A DNA stretch of 64,000 bases from NCBI GenBank assembly GCA_030425805.1, contig JAUHZC010000003.1, positions 701 through 64,700 of the forward strand, read 5' to 3'. A program made the translations under genes and the position numbers. Every line of letters begins with the position of its first letter. Position 1 is the first letter of the stretch. Of this stretch, positions 50,074-60,051 are shown one piece after another. The notes beneath the pieces are model-generated. The model worked only from the letters and a program-made list of their open reading frames with translations, was not told the origin of the DNA and did not search any database. The stretch comes from Alphaproteobacteria bacterium. GTDB lineage: Bacteria > Pseudomonadota > Alphaproteobacteria > JAUHZC01.

Positions 50074-50523
50074 TTAGGCATCTTTGCTTCCCGCTCCCTT
50101 ATGAGACATGAGAAATTTTTCTTTTAAATATGCAATAAAAGCCGCATCTAGTTGATGATTTTTCCCATATACAAGGGCTTCCCACAACAGATTTGAAAAA
50201 TCACGGTAGCTTCCTCCATTTTCTAAAACAAAGGGAAGGAGGTATTTGCTTGCAATATTGATGTTACGAAACTCTAGAGATTTATACTGATCATGATCTT
50301 CTAAAAGGTCATTTATCGTAAGATCCAGAGCCTCTGACACCCTTACAAGCACATGCAAAGAGGGATTTTTGGTGTTGCCATTGAGAATATTTTTCAAAGT
50401 CTGGGGTTTGAGTCCGAGGCTTCTCTCAAACTCAGTCAAAGTATACTTATTTTCAGCCAAGTGGCGAGAAACCTTTGTTTTGAAGTTATCTATATGGCTC
50501 ATTCCAACCTCGCTAGATTTCAT
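50074..50523 (-). CDS. XRE/Cro-C1 helix-turn-helix regulator (paralog)
   Basis: YTLTEFERSLGLKPQTLKNILNGNTKNPSLHVLVRVSEALDLTINDLL. Confidence 0.88.
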   Translation of the reverse strand: MKSSEVGMSHIDNFKTKVSRHLAENKYTLTEFERSLGLKPQTLKNILNGNTKNPSLHVLVRVSEALDLTINDLLEDHDQYKSLEFRNINIASKYLLPFVLENGGSYRDFSNLLWEALVYGKNHQLDAAFIAYLKEKFLMSHKGAGSKDA

Positions 50524-50643
50524 TATAACCTTTTTTTTTAAAAAAAATAAAAAAAAACTTGAAAACGATTAGAATATAACCATATAACACCTAATAAAAT
50601 TATATTTTTTTAATTCAATGTATAGTTAGGTATAGGTTTAACA

Positions 50644-51279
50644 ATGAGGCTTAAGTTTAATATAGAAAAGGAATTTATAGTTCAATTCCAAAAATATTCG
50701 ACTTTGGAGGTTGTCTATAAAGGTGAGCAGGGTACTGGAAGGTGCGTTATCACTCTCCCAGGCAGCGAAAGGATCTGCGATGCTTGCTCACACTCTCTTC
50801 TTAAAACGGTTGGAGAAATAAGCGAAATCACCTTCGAAAGCACTGCTCTTCAAAATTTTGAAGAAAAGCATAAAATCTACTTTGAGGCTCTCAGTCTCGG
50901 AGATATGGATGTTTTGCATGAAAATCCAGAGATTCTTGATAATTATGCAAGTCTACAACTTGATTGCTGGAAATCTTTTCTGTCTTCTCTTTATAAATTT
51001 ATCGAGAATTATTGGCCCAATCAGAAAAAAAGAGGCTGGGTCATTACATCTTCTGAGATGGATATCCTCTTTTTAAAGAATGCTTCCCCTCTTCTGTGTG
51101 GAGATCAATTCACTTATATTGATAAAAAGAAGAAAGAGGTTTTTGTCTCTGTCGTCGTAAATACGCAAAAAACAGATCCAAAAGTCGTTAACATTTCTTA
51201 TCCAACGCTGGAAGAGCGTCAGAAATTTGTTCCAAATTCCAAGGTCATTATGCCGAATGGGGCTATAAAGCCCCTTTAA
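50644..51279 (+). CDS. Hypothetical cytoplasmic protein
   Basis: 211-aa ORF divergent from the XRE gene; no confident family. Confidence 0.7.
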   Translation: MRLKFNIEKEFIVQFQKYSTLEVVYKGEQGTGRCVITLPGSERICDACSHSLLKTVGEISEITFESTALQNFEEKHKIYFEALSLGDMDVLHENPEILDNYASLQLDCWKSFLSSLYKFIENYWPNQKKRGWVITSSEMDILFLKNASPLLCGDQFTYIDKKKKEVFVSVVVNTQKTDPKVVNISYPTLEERQKFVPNSKVIMPNGAIKPL

Positions 51280-52163
51280 AGAACTTTTTCTGTTCCGTCA
51301 TTCACAATAGAAAGGAAACGGTCTAATTCTTCAAAAGAATTAAACTGAATTTCGATCTTCCCCCCTTTACCCTCTGATTTTAGGCCAACCGGGAGATTGA
51401 GTTGCTCAGAAAGCGTTTGAGCAATTTGCCCTAACTCTCCCTGAGGAAGTTCATCAGATCGTGATGAAGTCTGCGCTCTTGTCTTTGATTTTTGCTTTTC
51501 AGGATTTTGGCAAAGGGCTTCTGTTTGCCGCACATTCAATCCCTGACGAATCACAGTCTTTGCTGCTTCTTCAGGATGAGGATGTCCAAGAAGGGCCCGG
51601 GCATGCCCCGCAGAGAGTTTTCCCTCTCTCACAAAGATTTTCAAAGCTTCTGGCAAATTCTGAAGACGAAGAAGGTTTGCGATATGGCTACGGCTTTTCC
51701 CAAGAATTTTTGAAAGTGTTTCTTGGGTATAAGAAAACTCTTCCATCAATCGCTGATACCCCAAAGATTCTTCCATAGGATCAAGATCTTCACGCTGGAT
51801 ATTTTCCAACAAAGCCATCTCAAGGCTTTGTTTGTCATCTAAATCTTTGATAACGATTGGAACTGTTTCAAGCTGTGCGAGCTTTGAAGCCCGCCATCGA
51901 CGCTCCCCAGCTATAATTTCATATCGATCCCCAAGTTCTCGCACGACTATGGGCTGAATAACCCCATTTTCTTTGATAGAATCTGCAAGCTCTTGCAAAG
52001 CTGTTGGAGCTATGGTTTTTCGTGGCTGATATTTTCCAGGAATCAACCGATCGAGGCTTACCTCTTTCAATTGGTCTTTTTCCTGGGGAAGATCAGGTCC
52101 CAAAAGGGCTGAAATTCCTTGTCCCAAGGGTTTTTTCTTAAGCGACCTGACTGTGGTGACCAT
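51276..52163 (-). CDS. parB: Chromosome partitioning protein ParB
   Basis: LGQGISALL, YQPRK, IIAGERRWRA, ENIQREDL, GKSRSHIANLLRL. Confidence 0.97.
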   Translation of the reverse strand: MVTTVRSLKKKPLGQGISALLGPDLPQEKDQLKEVSLDRLIPGKYQPRKTIAPTALQELADSIKENGVIQPIVVRELGDRYEIIAGERRWRASKLAQLETVPIVIKDLDDKQSLEMALLENIQREDLDPMEESLGYQRLMEEFSYTQETLSKILGKSRSHIANLLRLQNLPEALKIFVREGKLSAGHARALLGHPHPEEAAKTVIRQGLNVRQTEALCQNPEKQKSKTRAQTSSRSDELPQGELGQIAQTLSEQLNLPVGLKSEGKGGKIEIQFNSFEELDRFLSIVNDGTEKVL

Positions 52164-52926
52164 GTGACATACCTCTTATTTTGTGAAGAATCTCTTTCGC
52201 CAGGCGAATATAAGCCATGGATCCATGGGATTTTACATCATAAACCATCACGGGCAAACCATGGGAAGGAGCTTCTGAAACCCTTGTACTCCGAGGGATT
52301 TTTGAGTCAAAAAGATGCTCTGGAAAATAGGAACGAACTTCTTCTTCAACATGCTGTGCAAGGGCATTGCGGCTATCATACATGGTGAGAATGATCCCCA
52401 GAATCTCAAGATCTGGGTTATAGTTGTTGTGAATCCGCCGGAAAGTTCGCAGAAGCTGCGTCATTCCCTCTAGAGCAAAAAACTCAGCTTGGAGAGGAAT
52501 TAAAATATATTGGGAGGCAATGAGAGCATTAATTGTCAAAAATCCAAGTGAAGGAGGACAATCAAAAATCACAAAGTCAAAATCATGCCCATTTAAAATC
52601 TTTTTCAAGACATACAACCCCTCATCTACGTGAGGAAGCTCCACTTCAGAAGCTGAGAGATCCTGGGTTGAGGGCAAAACATACAAATTCGGAACTGAAG
52701 TTGAAACAACAGATTCTGAGAGTGTTTGCTCTCCTGTGATGACCTGATAAACACCTCCTCGGCGTTCTGAGGCAGAAATACCAAGGCCTGTACTTGCATT
52801 TCCCTGGGGGTCTAAGTCAATCAACAAGACACGCTTATTGATCGCCGCCATTGCGGTCGCAAGATTAATTGCTGTTGTCGTCTTTCCAACGCCACCCTTT
52901 TGGTTGGCAATCGTCATTACTGTCAC
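52138..52926 (-). CDS. parA: Chromosome partitioning ATPase ParA
   Basis: ANQKGGVGKTT, DLDPQGNA, DCPPSLG, EAPSHG; GTG start at 52926 overlaps the rsmG stop. Confidence 0.97.
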   Translation of the reverse strand: MTVMTIANQKGGVGKTTTAINLATAMAAINKRVLLIDLDPQGNASTGLGISASERRGGVYQVITGEQTLSESVVSTSVPNLYVLPSTQDLSASEVELPHVDEGLYVLKKILNGHDFDFVIFDCPPSLGFLTINALIASQYILIPLQAEFFALEGMTQLLRTFRRIHNNYNPDLEILGIILTMYDSRNALAQHVEEEVRSYFPEHLFDSKIPRSTRVSEAPSHGLPVMVYDVKSHGSMAYIRLAKEILHKIRGMSHGHHSQVA

Positions 52927-53552
52927 GTAGCTTGCTCCCCGGGTTTCAAATTCCACACCTTTATTATAGTCGTATGAAAAAGAGAAGAAAGAGAAGACTT
53001 CTCATAAGAAAAAGAAAATTTCTCTTGGGCTTGCTGAACCTCTTCATCCACGCGGCTTCCCTTGAGAAAAAAACCTGTCATGGTATCTTTCCACTGAGGC
53101 TTTAAAAAATCAAAAATTGTCTCCAGTGATGCAAACCCACGAGCTGTAAACTGGGCATTCTCTGGGTAGGACACTGTTTCAACACGCTGATTGATAACAT
53201 GAACATTGCAAAGGTTAAGGCTCCGAATCACCATTTCAAGGAAATCACATTTTTTCTGGGTTCTTTCCACGAGATAAACATTCTCAAGCCCCAAAATTCC
53301 TAGGATAAGCCCTGGAAATCCAGCACCTGAGCCTAAATCATAAGTGGGTCGTGTAGGATCTAACTCTGCAATCAATGGCACACAATTAAGAATATGGCGC
53401 TCCCACAGAGCATCAAGATCCTTCAAGGACACCAGATTATATACAGTTGCCCACTTTCTCAAAAGTTTTTCAAAAGCCTCCAGATCATCCAAGACATGGG
53501 ATGTGTCTCGGATGGCGTAGGATTTCAGAAGCTTTTCGTATTTCCTATCCAT
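52923..53552 (-). CDS. rsmG: 16S rRNA m7G527 methyltransferase
   Basis: W...[28 protein letters not shown]. Confidence 0.94.
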   Translation of the reverse strand: MDRKYEKLLKSYAIRDTSHVLDDLEAFEKLLRKWATVYNLVSLKDLDALWERHILNCVPLIAELDPTRPTYDLGSGAGFPGLILGILGLENVYLVERTQKKCDFLEMVIRSLNLCNVHVINQRVETVSYPENAQFTARGFASLETIFDFLKPQWKDTMTGFFLKGSRVDEEVQQAQEKFSFSYEKSSLSSLFHTTIIKVWNLKPGEQAT

Positions 53553-54804
53553 TCATGGAATCAAAGAAATCATCGTTTGATTTTGTGAACTTAATCTTAT
53601 CCAATAGGAATTCCATTCCATCAGCAGGACCCATAGGATCCAAAATCCGACGGAGGACCCACATCCGAGAAAGCCTCTCTTTTCCAACGAGAAGCTCATC
53701 CTTACGGGTTCCAGAGCGTGTAATATCAATGGCAGGGAAGATGCGCTTATCAGAAAGCTTACGGTCCAGAACAATTTCAGAGTTACCTGTTCCCTTGAAC
53801 TCTTCGAAAATCACCTCATCCATACGGGAACCTGTTTCGATCAAGGCTGTTCCGATGATGGTCAAAGACCCCCCCTCTTCCACATTTCGGGCTGCACCAA
53901 AAAGACGTTTTGGACGCTGAAGGGCATGGGCATCAACACCTCCTGTAAGAACCTTTCCAGAGGAAGGAACACAGGTGTTATAGGCACGGGCTAAACGGGT
54001 GATAGAATCAAGGAGGATGACAACATCCTTTTTATGCTCAACAAGACGCTTTGCCTTTTCAATCACCATTTCAGAAACCTGAACATGTCGGCTTGCAGGC
54101 TCATCAAAGGTTGAGGAAATGACTTCTCCCTTAACGGAGCGAATCATGTCTGTCACTTCTTCTGGACGTTCATCCACAAGTAAAATAATCAAATGGACTT
54201 CAGGGTGATTCTTCTCAATAGCCTTTGCGAGCTCCTGAAGCATCACTGTTTTTCCTGTCCGAGGCGGCGCTGTCAAAAGAGCCCGTTGACCTTTTCCAAG
54301 AGGAGCGACCATATCAATGACCCGTGTCACTGCATGAGGATTGTCTCCCTCAGGCTCAATCTCCAGCTTTAGCTGATCTTGTGCAAAAAGCGGTGTCAGG
54401 TTATCAAAATTCAAACGATGACGGCTTTTTTCAGGCTCTTCAAAGTTAATTCTTGTGACACTTGTGAGTGTAAAGTAGCGCTCTCCCTCTTTCGGAGCAC
54501 GCATCTCTCCCTCGACGGTATCTCCTGTGCGAAGGCTATACTTGCGCACAATTTTAGGAGAAACATAAATATCGTCCGCACCTGGAAGATAGTTTGCACC
54601 CGCAGAACGGAGAAAACCAAACTGATCTTGAAGAAGCTCAATCACTCCACCCCCATAAATGGGATCTCCGCGCTCAGCGTGGGTTTTTAAGATTTCCACA
54701 ATCATATCTTGCTTGCGCAAATTGGAGGATTCTTCAATATTAAGAGACTCGGCTAGAGCCAAGAGCTCCGTCGGGCTTTTCGCCTTAAGATCTTGTATGT
54801 TCAT
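53545..54804 (-). CDS. rho: Transcription termination factor Rho
   Basis: [45 protein letters not shown]. Confidence 0.98.
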   Translation of the reverse strand: MNIQDLKAKSPTELLALAESLNIEESSNLRKQDMIVEILKTHAERGDPIYGGGVIELLQDQFGFLRSAGANYLPGADDIYVSPKIVRKYSLRTGDTVEGEMRAPKEGERYFTLTSVTRINFEEPEKSRHRLNFDNLTPLFAQDQLKLEIEPEGDNPHAVTRVIDMVAPLGKGQRALLTAPPRTGKTVMLQELAKAIEKNHPEVHLIILLVDERPEEVTDMIRSVKGEVISSTFDEPASRHVQVSEMVIEKAKRLVEHKKDVVILLDSITRLARAYNTCVPSSGKVLTGGVDAHALQRPKRLFGAARNVEEGGSLTIIGTALIETGSRMDEVIFEEFKGTGNSEIVLDRKLSDKRIFPAIDITRSGTRKDELLVGKERLSRMWVLRRILDPMGPADGMEFLLDKIKFTKSNDDFFDSMNG

Positions 54805-54923
54805 ATATGTCTATCGGAAAGTTAAAATGTATCAAGGACTGATGTGGTATGTTATACCCAGTTTTTCTTTTTTGACAAGAAAAATCTCAGCATCAAAAGT
54901 TCTGGAAGCCTTTCCCTTCACTA

Positions 54924-55487
54924 TTAATATCGATATTGAGGGCCTTGAGGCCTTATGCAACACATAAAGCACCCCAACCCGCAAGTGGCAAGACAAGCGC
55001 CGCAATTTCCAAAGACAAACTCCGTTGCTGTGTGGCCCGTAGTGAGGTGAAGTAAGGTCTCTACTCCTGGGTATATAAACCCGACCATTGCATTAATATC
55101 ACCTGGAGAGAAACCTTCCTCAAAGCTGCCAGATGCTGCCCTAATGGCCTGAACAATAACAAAAGCTGCAGTTAACGCCCCCATGGCTTTCCCATATCCC
55201 TCACAACATGAGGTCAGCCGTCTTGCGACTGCCTGCTCTGCAGGAGAAAGACCTCCTCCTCCTGGAGCAGGGTGTCCTGCTGGAGTGGGAACTCTTGCTG
55301 AAGAAGAGGAGGCCCTTCCAGGTGGCTGTTGTCCTCCAGTAGCAGGGGTTACGACACCAGCTAGATATCCTTCTGCATAAATTGGTGTCTGTTTTCCATC
55401 GCCCCCTGTTCCAGTAGCAGAAAAGGAATTTGTAACTCCTAAAACTATCATTAAAAAAAACATGTGTATTATCTTATGGAGGCTCAT
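54924..55487 (-). CDS. Hypothetical exported/membrane protein, Pro/Gly-rich with Cys-rich C-terminus
   Basis: Signal peptide ending SFSA; low-complexity linker; CGACLATCGLGCFMCC tail. Confidence 0.7.
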   Translation of the reverse strand: MSLHKIIHMFFLMIVLGVTNSFSATGTGGDGKQTPIYAEGYLAGVVTPATGGQQPPGRASSSSARVPTPAGHPAPGGGGLSPAEQAVARRLTSCCEGYGKAMGALTAAFVIVQAIRAASGSFEEGFSPGDINAMVGFIYPGVETLLHLTTGHTATEFVFGNCGACLATCGLGCFMCCIRPQGPQYRY

Positions 55488-55634
55488 TTTTTCCCTGCGT
55501 TAAAACTTTTAATTAAAAACTGGCACACCTAAACATGAACTTCAATACCTGATAAGGTTTTGACAACACCAAAATGTGATTTCTGCTACATTGTGGTCCC
55601 GCTGTGAACACAAAGCTTGTGAGGATAGTTAAAA

Positions 55635-56102
55635 ATGATAAAAAACACCCCATACCCAAGAGTTGGAGTAGCTGTCTTGATTCTCAATGACCAAGGGCAG
55701 ATCCTTGTTGGGAAACGTAAAAATTCACATGGAGCCTCAAGTTGGGCCCCTCCCGGCGGTCACCTGGAATTTTCAGAAACTTTTGAAGCTTGCGCAGTGC
55801 GGGAAACCTTAGAAGAAACAGGATTGAAAATAGAAGATCCACTTTTTTTGGGCATTACAAATGATAAATTCCCAGAGGAAAACAAACACTTTGTCACCGT
55901 GTTTATGAAAGCAGAATTACAAAACAAGCAAGCACCTAAATGTATGGAACCCCATAAATGTGAGGGATGGCAATGGTTTACCCAAGATAAATTGCCAGAA
56001 ATTTTATTTACTCCTTTTAAAAAATTTATCCAAGGAAAAGTCTATACTTCCTCTCCATTTTTGTATTCCTTTGAAAGGCACCAAAAAACCTATTTCTTTT
56101 AA
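55635..56102 (+). CDS. NUDIX hydrolase (NUDT15/MutT-like)
   Basis: PRVGV, PGGHLEFSE...RETLEETG, EPHKCEGWQW. Confidence 0.92.
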   Translation: MIKNTPYPRVGVAVLILNDQGQILVGKRKNSHGASSWAPPGGHLEFSETFEACAVRETLEETGLKIEDPLFLGITNDKFPEENKHFVTVFMKAELQNKQAPKCMEPHKCEGWQWFTQDKLPEILFTPFKKFIQGKVYTSSPFLYSFERHQKTYFF

Positions 56103-56170
56103 TCAAAATATTTACGAATATTTTATAAACATATGTTTTAATATAAATCTAATTATAGAAGTATTTTTTA

Positions 56171-57751
56171 ATGTTACAGGGACTCTCAAAGTTTATTCTT
56201 TTTGTTTTCTTCTTTTTGGGAAGTGTAGATGCTGAAGCACTCTCTTCAGAAGCCGAGGCTGTTAAAACAACCCTTTCTGAAAAATTCTCAACATCAGGTC
56301 AAATCCGAAAATTCTACGAAAAACGATCCTTTAAGCCAGTTTGGTTTGTTGAAGAACGTCCTTCCGTCGCCCTTGAGAATGCTGTTAACACCCTGAAAAA
56401 AAGCCGTGAAGAAGGTTTAGAGCCTGAAGATTATGATACAGGAATCAAAGCTGCTGAAGACGAAGGAATGCCATGGTCAGAGAGAGAAATCCAGCTCTCG
56501 AAAAGTGTGGCAGACTACCTAAAAGACTTAACTCAGGGACATATGTCTGCAGATGAGGGAAAGAAGTGGCATAACTACGGTGGGGTCCTTGATAAAAGAG
56601 CCTCTCCCTCAGAAATTCTCCAAACGCAACTCCTGAGCGACCCCACAGGGGCTTGGCTCTTAACTTATACGGTTGATGACCATATCTACCAAAAATTTAA
56701 GGAGGAGCTTGCTTACCAACGCATCCTAGAGCGCCAAGAAGAATGGCCTCAAGAAAAAATAACAAAGATTCTGCGCAAAGGCACCAAGGATAGGGAAGTC
56801 ATCCTGCTTCGAAAACTCCTTAAGCTTCATGGTGTTATCGGTGAAGACCTCCCCATTGAAGCCACTCCAGACACCTATGACACCTACATCGTTGCAGCTG
56901 TGGGAACATTTCAGGAAAAAATGGGGATCAAAAGCGATGGATTTGTGGGAGAACGCACCCGCCAAATCCTAAATATGTCCCCTTCGGAACGAATTAATAA
57001 GCTTAAGATTTCTATGGAGCGGTGGCGGTGGCTTCCTGAAGATTTGGGGGATCAGTATGTGATGGTCAATATTCCCTGGTTTGAGCTTTTGATGGTGAAG
57101 AACGATGAAATTATGGATCGGATGCGGATTATTGTAGGTCGTGATGGTCGGGAAACCCCGGTTTTCTCAACACAAATCCGAGGGATCCGATATAACCCCT
57201 CTTGGACTGTGCCCCGTTCCATTGCAACACGGGACAAGCTTAAAATCCTCAAAAAAGACCCACACATTCTAGAAAATCGTCATTACCGTCTTTATTCAGC
57301 TTCAGGTGAGCCTTTAGCAATGGATCAGATCAACTGGGGACAGGTCACCCGGGCAACGTTTAATTATCGCCTTAAACAACTTCCTGGCGATCATAATGCC
57401 CTGGGACGGGTTCGCCTTTTGATGCATAACCCCTACTCTGTTTACCTTCACGGAACAGATGCTGGAAGCCAGAAGCTCTTTAGCTATGACGAGAGAGATC
57501 ATTCCTCAGGGTGCATTCGCGTTGAAGATCCGGTGAGACTTGCCACATTCTTACATGATGATCCAGGAAAATGGTCTCAACCTATTGTTGAGGAAGTGAT
57601 AGAAGTCAACAAAACACGAAATGTTAAACTCGAAAAAAGAGTCCAAGCGCATATTGTTTATTTTACAGCATGGCCTATAAACGGTGTTGTTCAATTCCGT
57701 CCAGACATTTATGAAATGGACAAGCGCCTCATGAAAGCCCTCAGGGGATAG
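56171..57751 (+). CDS. L,D-transpeptidase (YcbB/LdtD family)
   Basis: Signal peptide; PG-binding FQ...G...DG.VG; VNIP, NALG, VYLHGT, SSGCIRV. Confidence 0.92.
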   Translation: MLQGLSKFILFVFFFLGSVDAEALSSEAEAVKTTLSEKFSTSGQIRKFYEKRSFKPVWFVEERPSVALENAVNTLKKSREEGLEPEDYDTGIKAAEDEGMPWSEREIQLSKSVADYLKDLTQGHMSADEGKKWHNYGGVLDKRASPSEILQTQLLSDPTGAWLLTYTVDDHIYQKFKEELAYQRILERQEEWPQEKITKILRKGTKDREVILLRKLLKLHGVIGEDLPIEATPDTYDTYIVAAVGTFQEKMGIKSDGFVGERTRQILNMSPSERINKLKISMERWRWLPEDLGDQYVMVNIPWFELLMVKNDEIMDRMRIIVGRDGRETPVFSTQIRGIRYNPSWTVPRSIATRDKLKILKKDPHILENRHYRLYSASGEPLAMDQINWGQVTRATFNYRLKQLPGDHNALGRVRLLMHNPYSVYLHGTDAGSQKLFSYDERDHSSGCIRVEDPVRLATFLHDDPGKWSQPIVEEVIEVNKTRNVKLEKRVQAHIVYFTAWPINGVVQFRPDIYEMDKRLMKALRG

Positions 57752-57810
57752 TGTTTCCTTTTTACAACGGCTGAAGAGCTCTATAGCTTTATTTCATAGC
57801 TTTTTGAAGG

Positions 57811-57839
57811 CTCCCTTGAGATTTAGGGGAGAGCTTTTT
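57811..57839 (+). terminator. Possible intrinsic terminator after the L,D-transpeptidase gene
   Basis: CTCCCTT-GAGATTT-AGGGGAG stem-loop then AGCTTTTT. Confidence 0.4.
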
Positions 57840-57872
57840 ATATGTAGAAGATCGATCTAATGAGCTCCCCCT

Positions 57873-59060
57873 ATGTCAATGCGTACGCGATTTACAATCA
57901 TACTTTCCTTTGTCTTTGCAGCAGCCTGCATCGAGACGGATATCTATCTCCCCGCTTTCCCAGACATGATGGATTTCTTTGGCACAACAGAAGAAGTTAT
58001 TCAAAGCCTCCTCACCTGGAACTTCTTTGCTTTGTGTCTTTCAAGCGTGCTCTATGGGCCTGCTTCTGATGCTTATGGGCGAAAACCCTTTTTGATTGGA
58101 GCTTTATCTATTTTCTTAGTCGGTAGCCTTATTACTGTTTTCTCAGATGATTTTGGCTATGTCCTCCTCGGCCGGGTTTTCCAGGGCCTTGGAAGTGGGG
58201 GGTGTTTTACATTGGGTTCTGCCATGATTTTTGACAGTCTTAATGAAGAAGACTCGGCTATTGTCCTCAACAGACTTAACACACTTGTTCCCCTTGCTAT
58301 GGGTGGTGCACCTCTTGTCGGCGCCTACCTGAACCAAGCCTACGGTTTTCGTGCTAATTTTGAAGCGATTGCCATTACTGTTGCACTCAGCCTTGTTATT
58401 TGTGCTTTCGGTTTTGAAGAACCTCTCTCTGAAGAGAAGCGACGCCCTCTCAACAAGGATAACCTTAAGCATGACTTTAAAGCCCTGTTGACCTCTTTTC
58501 CATTTTGGCAGATCTGTTTATTCATTGGCCTTGTTTTTGCAGCCTTTATGAGCTTTCTTGCGGGAATTACTCTTCTGTTTATCTGTGAGTTTGGTGTTCC
58601 CAAAACACTCTATCCCTTTTATCAGGGGTCTCTTCTGCTAGCCTATGTCATCGCAAGCTTGACCTGCTCTCCCCTCATTGAACGTATTGGTATGACGAAA
58701 GTTCGGGATTTAGGAGCCATTCTCTCTTTCAGTGGGGCGATTTTTCTGTCTATCGCCATCATTTTCACCCCCAGAAACCCTGAGTTGTTAACGCTCAGCA
58801 TGATCCCCTTTACCTTTGGGATGATGTATTCCATGACGCCGTCTTTCGCGACCTTGATGAATTTATTTCCAGAGATCAAGGGTCTGAATGCAAGCCTTTT
58901 AACAAGCTTTCGCCTTCTCATCACAGCAGCCGTAGTGGATATCTCAAGCCGCCTCTATGATGGAACAATCTACCCCGTCGCGCTAACAGCGATTGCCGCT
59001 ATTTTGCTCGGAACCCTAGCCTATGCTGGGTTTGCCTTTGGGAAGGGTAAAGAAGTTTAA
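57873..59060 (+). CDS. Bcr/CflA-family MFS efflux transporter
   Basis: TDIYLPAFP, GPASDAYGRKP, GRVFQGLG; about 12 TMs. Confidence 0.9.
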   Translation: MSMRTRFTIILSFVFAAACIETDIYLPAFPDMMDFFGTTEEVIQSLLTWNFFALCLSSVLYGPASDAYGRKPFLIGALSIFLVGSLITVFSDDFGYVLLGRVFQGLGSGGCFTLGSAMIFDSLNEEDSAIVLNRLNTLVPLAMGGAPLVGAYLNQAYGFRANFEAIAITVALSLVICAFGFEEPLSEEKRRPLNKDNLKHDFKALLTSFPFWQICLFIGLVFAAFMSFLAGITLLFICEFGVPKTLYPFYQGSLLLAYVIASLTCSPLIERIGMTKVRDLGAILSFSGAIFLSIAIIFTPRNPELLTLSMIPFTFGMMYSMTPSFATLMNLFPEIKGLNASLLTSFRLLITAAVVDISSRLYDGTIYPVALTAIAAILLGTLAYAGFAFGKGKEV

Positions 59061-59074
59061 GCAGGGGCTAACAC

Positions 59075-59980
59075 CTAAAAAAACTCTGTTTCTGGTTGGT
59101 CTGAGGGAAGAAGCCGTCGGATAGCCTTCTCGAGTTTTTTCAGAGCTTGAACCTCAAGCTGGCGCACCCGCTCCCGGGAAAGGTTTAATTCAGCCCCAAG
59201 AGTATCAAGAGTATCTGGCTTCTCTTTCATTTTCCGACGACGGACAATTGTTTGTTCACGGGGCTTTAAGCTTGTCAAAGCCTCTTCCAAAAGAGCTATT
59301 TTTTTAAAAGATCGGTCTTGTCGAATAACGACATCTTCTGGATTTTCTGCCCCATCAGGGATGAAATCCATAAGTTCACCGTCATCATCTTCATTAGACG
59401 TGCTGAGATTTAAGGAAATATCTCCCCCCATGAGACGTTGTTCCATCTCTTTCACAGACTTCTTACTGACAGAAAGAACCTTGGAGACATGTGCTGTTTG
59501 ATCTTCTGTCAAACTGGTTCCAATCTCTTCTGGAGCCATGTCTTTTTTCATCCGTCGCAAGGAGAAAAAAAGCTTCTTCTGATCACGATTTGTTCCCATT
59601 TTGACCATAGACCAATTACGGAGAATATAGTCTTTCATTTGAGCCTGAATCCACCACACAGCATATGTGGCAAACCGAACCTCTTTACTCTGGTCAAATC
59701 GGCGCAAGGCCTCCATCAACCCCAGACTTCCCTCAGAAACCAAGTCCTGCATAGGCAGGCCATACCCCCGATACCCAGACGCAATCTTAGCCACAAGGCG
59801 AAAGTGAGACTGAATTAGCTTATCTGCGGCTTTCATATCATTAGTCTCGTGCCACCTAGAAATAAGACTTTTTTCTTCCTCAGGTTCAAGCACGGGATAT
59901 CGATTGGCCCGCGTTATCATCTTGTGAAGCGGATCCCTATCCTCGACTGCATTATATTGCCCATGGGAGCTGTAGTACAT
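59075..59980 (-). CDS. rpoH: RNA polymerase sigma-32 factor
   Basis: YRGYGLP, RFATYAVWWI, RpoH box QKKLFFSLR, SRERVRQLE. Confidence 0.92.
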   Translation of the reverse strand: MYYSSHGQYNAVEDRDPLHKMITRANRYPVLEPEEEKSLISRWHETNDMKAADKLIQSHFRLVAKIASGYRGYGLPMQDLVSEGSLGLMEALRRFDQSKEVRFATYAVWWIQAQMKDYILRNWSMVKMGTNRDQKKLFFSLRRMKKDMAPEEIGTSLTEDQTAHVSKVLSVSKKSVKEMEQRLMGGDISLNLSTSNEDDDGELMDFIPDGAENPEDVVIRQDRSFKKIALLEEALTSLKPREQTIVRRRKMKEKPDTLDTLGAELNLSRERVRQLEVQALKKLEKAIRRLLPSDQPETEFF

Positions 59981-60051
59981 GTAATCCCCTGCAAATCGCT
60001 ATTTTTATGTTATCAAAAAATGGTGATTAAAAGGTTTACACTAAAATTTTG

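Noticed and set aside
42135..51279. Mobile genomic island
   Set aside because: No integrase, transposase, tRNA target or flanking direct repeats; tightly packed against core genes.
51276..55634. parS palindrome near parAB
   Set aside because: No convincing TGTTTCACGTGAAACA match found by eye; a proper motif scan is needed.
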